A stretch of DNA of 64,000 nucleotides, from positions 1 to 64,000 of the forward strand of contig JAYGDX010000210.1 of the NCBI GenBank assembly GCA_046582655.1, read 5' to 3'. Both the position numbers and the translations under genes were made by a program. This document shows, in pieces, positions 58,553-64,000 of the stretch. Below the pieces are notes generated by a model. That model was given only the letters and a program-made list of their open reading frames with translations, was not told where the DNA came from and made no database searches. The stretch comes from Candidatus Poribacteria bacterium. Its GTDB lineage: Bacteria; Poribacteria; WGA-4E; UBA9662. Positions within the stretch are counted from its first letter, which is position 1; each line of letters opens with the position of its first letter.

Positions 58553-59935
58553 ATGACTGATCAGCGACAAAAACCGATTACCGCATTTTTGCTGAATTCA
58601 TCGGAAATTGTTTTTGTTTTCTATGCCATTTTTGTCTCCTTTTCAACTTACTTCTGTATGTATGCTTTTCGCAAGCCATTTGCCGCGGCAACGTTTGCCG
58701 GGCTGCAATTCTTTGGCACAACCATCAAACTTAAAAAAGCGATTGTGATCAGCCAAATTATTGGTTATGCACTTTCAAAATATGCCGGAATCAAGATCTG
58801 TTCGGAAATTTCGCCCAAGAAACGGTTATTTACACTGGTATTTCTTATTCTTTTTGCTGAATCAGCATTAATTATTTATGGAATTCTGCCAAACAATTAT
58901 AAAGTATTCGCGATTTTTTTAAACGGGATTCCACTTGGGATGGTATGGGGACTCGTGGTCTGGTATCTGGAGGGCAGGAAAACTTCGGAACTGCTTCTTG
59001 CTGGCCTAAGTTGCTCCTTTATTCTCGCCAGCGGCATTGTCAAAGATTTTGGTCGAGCCGTGATGGGAGGCGTTGTCGCTGAGTGGTGGTTAAAGATACC
59101 TCTTCTGGGAACAATAATTAGTAGATTGATGGGCGAAGTCAGTGAAGGATGGATGCCGGCAGTTGTAGGGCTACATTTTCTCCCTTTCTTCTTCATCTCA
59201 GTCTGGCTTCTCAATCAGTTGCCTCAGCCAACCGAAGCTGATATAGAGGCTCGGACGGAGCGAGAAACGATGGATGGGTCGGAACGGCTATCGTTTCTTA
59301 AGCACTTTCTTTTAGGAATTATTCTTCTTTGTGTCGCTTACTTTTTTCTAACTGCATACCGCGATTATCGGGACAATTATCAGGTCGAAATTTTTAATGA
59401 ACTTGGTTATGTTTATGAAGATAATAAAACGATTATTATGCAAGCCGAAACAATCGTAGCGTTCGGCGTGATCTGCGCACTGGCACTGATTTACCTAATT
59501 AAGGATAATCGGTTGGGCCTAATCGGTGCCTATGGAATTATGGTCAGTGGTATTGTGCTGATGGGCATAAGTACAACCCTTCTTGATGCAAAGATTATTG
59601 ATGGTTTCTGGTGGATGACTTTGGTTGGACTCGGTGCTTATCTGACCTATGTACCTTATGGTTCTGTTTTATTTGATCGATTAATCGCTCACACAAAATA
59701 TATTGGAACTGCTGTTTTTGCTATCTATGTTGCTGATGCTATTGGTTATACTGGTTCCATTAGTGTGCAACTGTATGAAGATTTCTTTGCCAGTGATAAA
59801 ATTGGAGTACTTGCCTTTTTTAGAACTCTAACTTATTTAATGTCAATAGTAGGTGCTTTTTGCCTGCTGGGTAGTTGCTTCTACTTTTTGAATCGTGGTG
59901 ATGATACTGTTATTGGGGGTGCAAAGGATGAGTGA
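58553..59935 (+). CDS. DUF5690-like multi-TM (MFS-like) transporter
   Basis: YFCMYAFRKPF, QIIGYALSK..GIK, YLEGR, RDYRDNY; about 11-12 TM. Confidence 0.75.
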   Translation: MTDQRQKPITAFLLNSSEIVFVFYAIFVSFSTYFCMYAFRKPFAAATFAGLQFFGTTIKLKKAIVISQIIGYALSKYAGIKICSEISPKKRLFTLVFLILFAESALIIYGILPNNYKVFAIFLNGIPLGMVWGLVVWYLEGRKTSELLLAGLSCSFILASGIVKDFGRAVMGGVVAEWWLKIPLLGTIISRLMGEVSEGWMPAVVGLHFLPFFFISVWLLNQLPQPTEADIEARTERETMDGSERLSFLKHFLLGIILLCVAYFFLTAYRDYRDNYQVEIFNELGYVYEDNKTIIMQAETIVAFGVICALALIYLIKDNRLGLIGAYGIMVSGIVLMGISTTLLDAKIIDGFWWMTLVGLGAYLTYVPYGSVLFDRLIAHTKYIGTAVFAIYVADAIGYTGSISVQLYEDFFASDKIGVLAFFRTLTYLMSIVGAFCLLGSCFYFLNRGDDTVIGGAKDE

Positions 59936-61439
59936 TAGGTCTTCAAAGACAAACGTTCTAATTATTATGACCGATCAGCAACGTGCCGACACAATCGGAG
60001 CTTTGGGAAACCCAATCATTCAGACACCCGCTTTGAATAGGCTGGTGTCTAGTGGAACCAGTTTTACTTCAGCTTACTGTCCCTCACCCGTTTGTGCCGC
60101 CTCGCGATGCAGTTTCTTGTTAGGTGAGTATCCACATCAGACGGGAACAGCTTCAAATTCACCAATGCCGCAAGATCGAAAGTCGTTGATGAACTTTCTC
60201 AACGAAGTTGGTTATCAAACACATGGAATTGGAAAAATGCATTTTTCACCGGATAGCAAAAAGATGTGGGGGTTTGAATCACGCGACTTCTCCGAAGAGG
60301 GATCAGGTCAAGACCACTACCGGAATTTTATTGATCAGCATGGCTATGATTATATTGCCGCTACACACGGTGAGAGGAGTGAATTCTACTACATTCCACA
60401 GCCCTCGCAGTTACCCGAACGTTTGCATCATACCAAATGGGTGGGAGATCGAACTCTCGCTTTTCTGGATCGACGGGATTCATCCCGCCCGTTTTTTTGT
60501 TGGACCAGTTTCATTAAACCACATCCTCCGTTTGAATCCCCTGTACCGTGGAACCGACTTTATCGAATGATTGAAATGGATCTACCGTACATTCCACCAG
60601 ATAACGATCAGCTATTAACCTATTGGAACCGTTTGCAGAACCGCTATAAATACCGAGATCAAGGTCTGGACTTAAACCTTGTTCGGATTATGCGAGCCGC
60701 CTACTATGCTGCAATTTCGTTCATCGATTATAATGTTGGTCGGATACTTGATCAACTTGAAGATGAAGGCATTCTTGATCAAACACTTATATTGTTCACA
60801 TCCGATCATGGTGAATTTCTGGGTGACTACAGCTGCTATGGCAAACGATCATTTCTCGATCCGGCAGCCCGCATTCCTTTGCTTGCACGCTATCCAGCTC
60901 GATTTACGCCGGATACACGATGTGACCAGCCTGTCAGTTTGGTTGATGTTTTACCAACCTGTTTCTCCGTAGCAGGAATTGAAACGCAGTCACAGCATAT
61001 CGGAACAGATTTGGCTGAAATAGCTTCAGGGAAATCCGACCGAGATGAAGTCATTGGTCAGTTGGGGCAAGGGACAACGGGACTCTATGCTTTGATCACC
61101 AGCCAGTTCAAATACATCTACTCAGCTGCTGATCAAAAAGAATGGTTGTTTCGGCGGTTGCCGGACCGACTTGAAACACGAAGTCTGGTCGGCAATCCAG
61201 CCTTTGCAGATGTTGTGACGGCGTATCGGAATCACCTGATCGGTTGGTTTAAATCTGATGGGTATGAACAACCAATTGATGGAGATCAATGGCGTGAATT
61301 TCCGTCGGTACCAAGTGTTGCTGATAATCCAGATGCCGAGCAGATTTTCCAAGATGGCAGATCGGTTTCAGAGAGATTTCCAGATGGTTACAACCCGAAA
61401 ATAGACCCCATGAAACCGGCTAATTTCGATGGGTTTTAA
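59928..61439 (+). CDS. sulfatase/alkaline-phosphatase-superfamily hydrolase with CxAxR motif
   Basis: TDQQR, TPALNRL, CAASR, GKMH, KPHPP, TSDHG. Confidence 0.9.
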   Translation: MSDRSSKTNVLIIMTDQQRADTIGALGNPIIQTPALNRLVSSGTSFTSAYCPSPVCAASRCSFLLGEYPHQTGTASNSPMPQDRKSLMNFLNEVGYQTHGIGKMHFSPDSKKMWGFESRDFSEEGSGQDHYRNFIDQHGYDYIAATHGERSEFYYIPQPSQLPERLHHTKWVGDRTLAFLDRRDSSRPFFCWTSFIKPHPPFESPVPWNRLYRMIEMDLPYIPPDNDQLLTYWNRLQNRYKYRDQGLDLNLVRIMRAAYYAAISFIDYNVGRILDQLEDEGILDQTLILFTSDHGEFLGDYSCYGKRSFLDPAARIPLLARYPARFTPDTRCDQPVSLVDVLPTCFSVAGIETQSQHIGTDLAEIASGKSDRDEVIGQLGQGTTGLYALITSQFKYIYSAADQKEWLFRRLPDRLETRSLVGNPAFADVVTAYRNHLIGWFKSDGYEQPIDGDQWREFPSVPSVADNPDAEQIFQDGRSVSERFPDGYNPKIDPMKPANFDGF

Positions 61440-61559
61440 TCAGCTCTGGTTTCTTCACAGAACATACGCTTCTACTTCAACCGAACGATTAGATAAAGTT
61501 TGACTGTTCCCAACCGCCGACATGAAGATGGAAGTCCTTCCCCAAACCTAAAGTCAAGA

Positions 61560-62378
61560 TCACTGAAAACTGAGCGATGCCCAGTGTTTAGCATCCCGAA
61601 CAGTCTTTTCAGGCGAGATCTTTGATCTCAGTAAGTGACCGGTTGCAGAGCGTAATGTTGATTGGGTTGCGTCCTGATATCGAAAATCGATGCTCCACCG
61701 GATGTGGTTAGATCTATTCGGCAATCCACGATGAAAAAGTAAATTACTGAATATGGCAATATCCTTGGGATTAATTTCTATTGGGATAGCTTGATCTGCT
61801 ATTGGTTTAAGATCGTCGTCATGAATCCGAAGGTAATATTGATCCTGTTCATGTCGCACGACCCCATTTCTGTGACTGTTCGGCACAAACTGCATGCACC
61901 CATTTCTCCGGTTCACGGGAACTAGCGGTGTCCAAACGTTCACCATCCGCAATATTTCTGAGTTCCCGCTGGTATAACCCGCATCCTGATGCCAGAGTAC
62001 TTCGGTCCTTTTATTCTCAGGCAATTTCGGTCGAACACTGTAATTTGGATAAATACGAATTTCCGAACCAAGAACCTGCTCCACTATTTCAAGCAATCGG
62101 GGATGGGCAAAGAGAAGGTAGAACCCTTCCAAATGCAATTCTGAACGAAAAATTGTTGGTACTTCGTCCAGATAATTTTCAAACAGATGTATCAAGCGGG
62201 TTTCAAATGGACTGTCTGCAAATAGATCTGTAAGTTTTCCCTCTTCCAATCGTCTTCTTGCCAGCGTATTGACCAGAATCTCACAGTCACGTTTTAGGGC
62301 CTCCAAACAGGAATCTTCCAAAACATCGTGAATGATGGCAAATCCTTGATTGTGAAAAGATTCAATAATTTTGTCCAT
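61560..62378 (-). CDS. PhyH-family dioxygenase, paralog of 4545-5375
   Basis: WHQD, NGCM, FHRG, RWSIDFRY; real start MDKIIESF, just after the upstream stop. Confidence 0.88.
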   Translation of the reverse strand: MDKIIESFHNQGFAIIHDVLEDSCLEALKRDCEILVNTLARRRLEEGKLTDLFADSPFETRLIHLFENYLDEVPTIFRSELHLEGFYLLFAHPRLLEIVEQVLGSEIRIYPNYSVRPKLPENKRTEVLWHQDAGYTSGNSEILRMVNVWTPLVPVNRRNGCMQFVPNSHRNGVVRHEQDQYYLRIHDDDLKPIADQAIPIEINPKDIAIFSNLLFHRGLPNRSNHIRWSIDFRYQDATQSTLRSATGHLLRSKISPEKTVRDAKHWASLSFQ

Positions 62379-62380
62379 GA

Positions 62381-64000
62381 TCAAATGAAAATTTTGTAGG
62401 TCCGAATTCCGAGTGATGGACCAATAATTGCCCAAATTGATCCGATCACATAATCGCCCAAGATTAATCCCAAAAACAGTGGGGCGAATCGACGGTGCAT
62501 CTGCAAGCCCCCCTGCTTCATAATGAGAAACTTGAATAACCATGCCAACAAAAATGTGAACCAGAAGTACTCCATAGCGAAGCTGATCGCAAGTGAATAG
62601 CCTGCTGGGTGAAACGGCCACCATAAGAATCGCATGCGCAAAAACATCATCCCAAAGGTCAGCAAGGCTCCAATCCCCATGAAGCTGATTTTGGTTGGGT
62701 TTGGATCCGTTGGATCCTGAAGCCAGCGTTGTAATCGATTGAAAGATTCCCAACCAACCCAGCCCTTAAACCCTTCAGCCTTGGCAATGGCACCGTTTCG
62801 AAAAGTAATATCCAGATTTGCCCAGAATGTCGCAAGGATTCCAACCACAATAGCAATTAACATGGCCACCCAAACGCCCTTGTTGCCGATTCCCGTAGTT
62901 TCCGCCATTTTGAAAGCTTCAATTTGGTTTGGCATTGGATGGTTGCGGTAGCCTCGATTGAACCAGTAAAACATCGATACTATTGTCAAACTAGAGGGAT
63001 TAAATTGTCTCGTTCCACCCACAGTTGCCATAATATCGTGTGGGTTGACGTAGTAAATTTCGTGAGGTGTGCCGAATTCTGCTCGAACACGGGTGATAGC
63101 GATTGAGAGTATGAAGTATAAACCGAAGAAAATGATTGCTACCCACAAGCTCATTCCCGCCAGATTAACAAAAATTCCGATTAAGGCGAGTGAACCGATC
63201 AAACCGATGAAAGCCCAGCGATAAGGCATTGGTTCATCAGAATCACTGAGGTCCGTTTCCATGCCCATTATCTTGCGAATGACTTCGATCAAGTGGCTGC
63301 GTGTCACCCAAACCGCGATGAAAAAAAGAGCGATCCAGGAACCGGATGCTTGATCATTAAGTGCCGGGTAGTGCCTTGTACCAAGCGCATATCCAACTAC
63401 TCGCTGGACGGATCGAAGTAAAAAGAAAAACCAGCATGAAAAGGATAAATCAAGCGGCAGAAAAAAAGCCAGTCCAATCATAAATGGGTACATCGAAATC
63501 CGAACTCCCTGCAAACCGCTCCATGGTCGTTCAGTGAAAATGTGATCCCAAACTGGTCTCATTTTGATATATGGAATACTCGGAACGGACGGACTGAGAT
63601 AAGAAACCCCATTGACCAACCCAATCGCAAACGCAATCGTAAAACCAATCCACATCATTCGATCTCGGAGCAGTTTGGTTCCCATGTCTTCTGAGAGCTT
63701 AAGTGGCAATTGGATGATAGGATAAGCCAGTTTTTCCTGTTCTGTCCATTGCTTGCGGATAATGGTATTGATACAAAGCATTGAAAACATCATCAACAGG
63801 AACAATAATCCCCATAATAAAAGCGGCTTAATCCAGATGGCAACATTTCGTGCTATATAAATTGAAGATTCCCCTTCGTAAAACCCTTTCAAACTGTGTA
63901 AATCGGTAATGGTTAACCAACGTGGGATGTAGTGCCAGAAGAGATTCTGCCATTCGTTTTCAGGGCTGGCGAACCAGAAAGGATGAACAATTGCACCAAA
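62381..64000 (-). CDS. DUF6785/DUF6784-like polytopic membrane protein, 5' end outside the window
   Basis: RKQW...EKLAYPI, TRVRAEFG, WWPFHPAGY, GLILGD; the frame stays open to the window edge. Confidence 0.75.
   Translation of the reverse strand, partial: FGAIVHPFWFASPENEWQNLFWHYIPRWLTITDLHSLKGFYEGESSIYIARNVAIWIKPLLLWGLLFLLMMFSMLCINTIIRKQWTEQEKLAYPIIQLPLKLSEDMGTKLLRDRMMWIGFTIAFAIGLVNGVSYLSPSVPSIPYIKMRPVWDHIFTERPWSGLQGVRISMYPFMIGLAFFLPLDLSFSCWFFFLLRSVQRVVGYALGTRHYPALNDQASGSWIALFFIAVWVTRSHLIEVIRKIMGMETDLSDSDEPMPYRWAFIGLIGSLALIGIFVNLAGMSLWVAIIFFGLYFILSIAITRVRAEFGTPHEIYYVNPHDIMATVGGTRQFNPSSLTIVSMFYWFNRGYRNHPMPNQIEAFKMAETTGIGNKGVWVAMLIAIVVGILATFWANLDITFRNGAIAKAEGFKGWVGWESFNRLQRWLQDPTDPNPTKISFMGIGALLTFGMMFLRMRFLWWPFHPAGYSLAISFAMEYFWFTFLLAWLFKFLIMKQGGLQMHRRFAPLFLGLILGDYVIGSIWAIIGPSLGIRTYKIFI

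Noticed and set aside
62379..62753. N-terminal extension of the 397-aa PhyH ORF
   Set aside because: It overlaps the membrane-protein gene in another frame; the paralog aligns from MDKIIESF.

Overview
A 64-kb, roughly 40-43% GC (estimated by eye) bacterial chromosomal segment. Its gene content points to a marine Candidatus Poribacteria-like organism (inference): several WD40 proteins, C-terminal NYPNPFNPETWIP Ig-like tails, a TWGxxK terminal motif, paralogous PhyH dioxygenases and Gfo/Idh/MocA oxidoreductases, a sulfatase and a DUF6785-like membrane protein. Housekeeping genes include argG, rnpA-yidD-yidC-mnmE, nnr, crcB, dprA and pilD. Catabolic genes include a xylonate dehydratase and a phnX-DUF5690-sulfatase-like cluster. 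There is an ECF sigma/zinc anti-sigma/giant TPR locus, a GC-rich IS1595 at the left edge, a decayed IS982 copy and three broken genes. No tRNA, rRNA or CRISPR array was seen. The strongest leads are: (i) phnX without phnW, linked to a DUF5690 transporter and a CxAxR sulfatase-fold enzyme; (ii) a DprA ending in a beta-clamp-type motif (QMDLF); (iii) tandem duplications that create upstream mini-ORFs in front of the ECF sigma gene and the HNH gene heading the rnpA operon, where rpmH is missing; (iv) an unrecognised tandem domain inserted in a WD40 propeller of a cohesin+dockerin protein; (v) a pair of membrane-anchored RIDxxQH alpha/alpha-toroid proteins; (vi) a deletion scar fusing a Usp gene start to a permease gene end. 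All family assignments come from motifs read by eye, not database searches.
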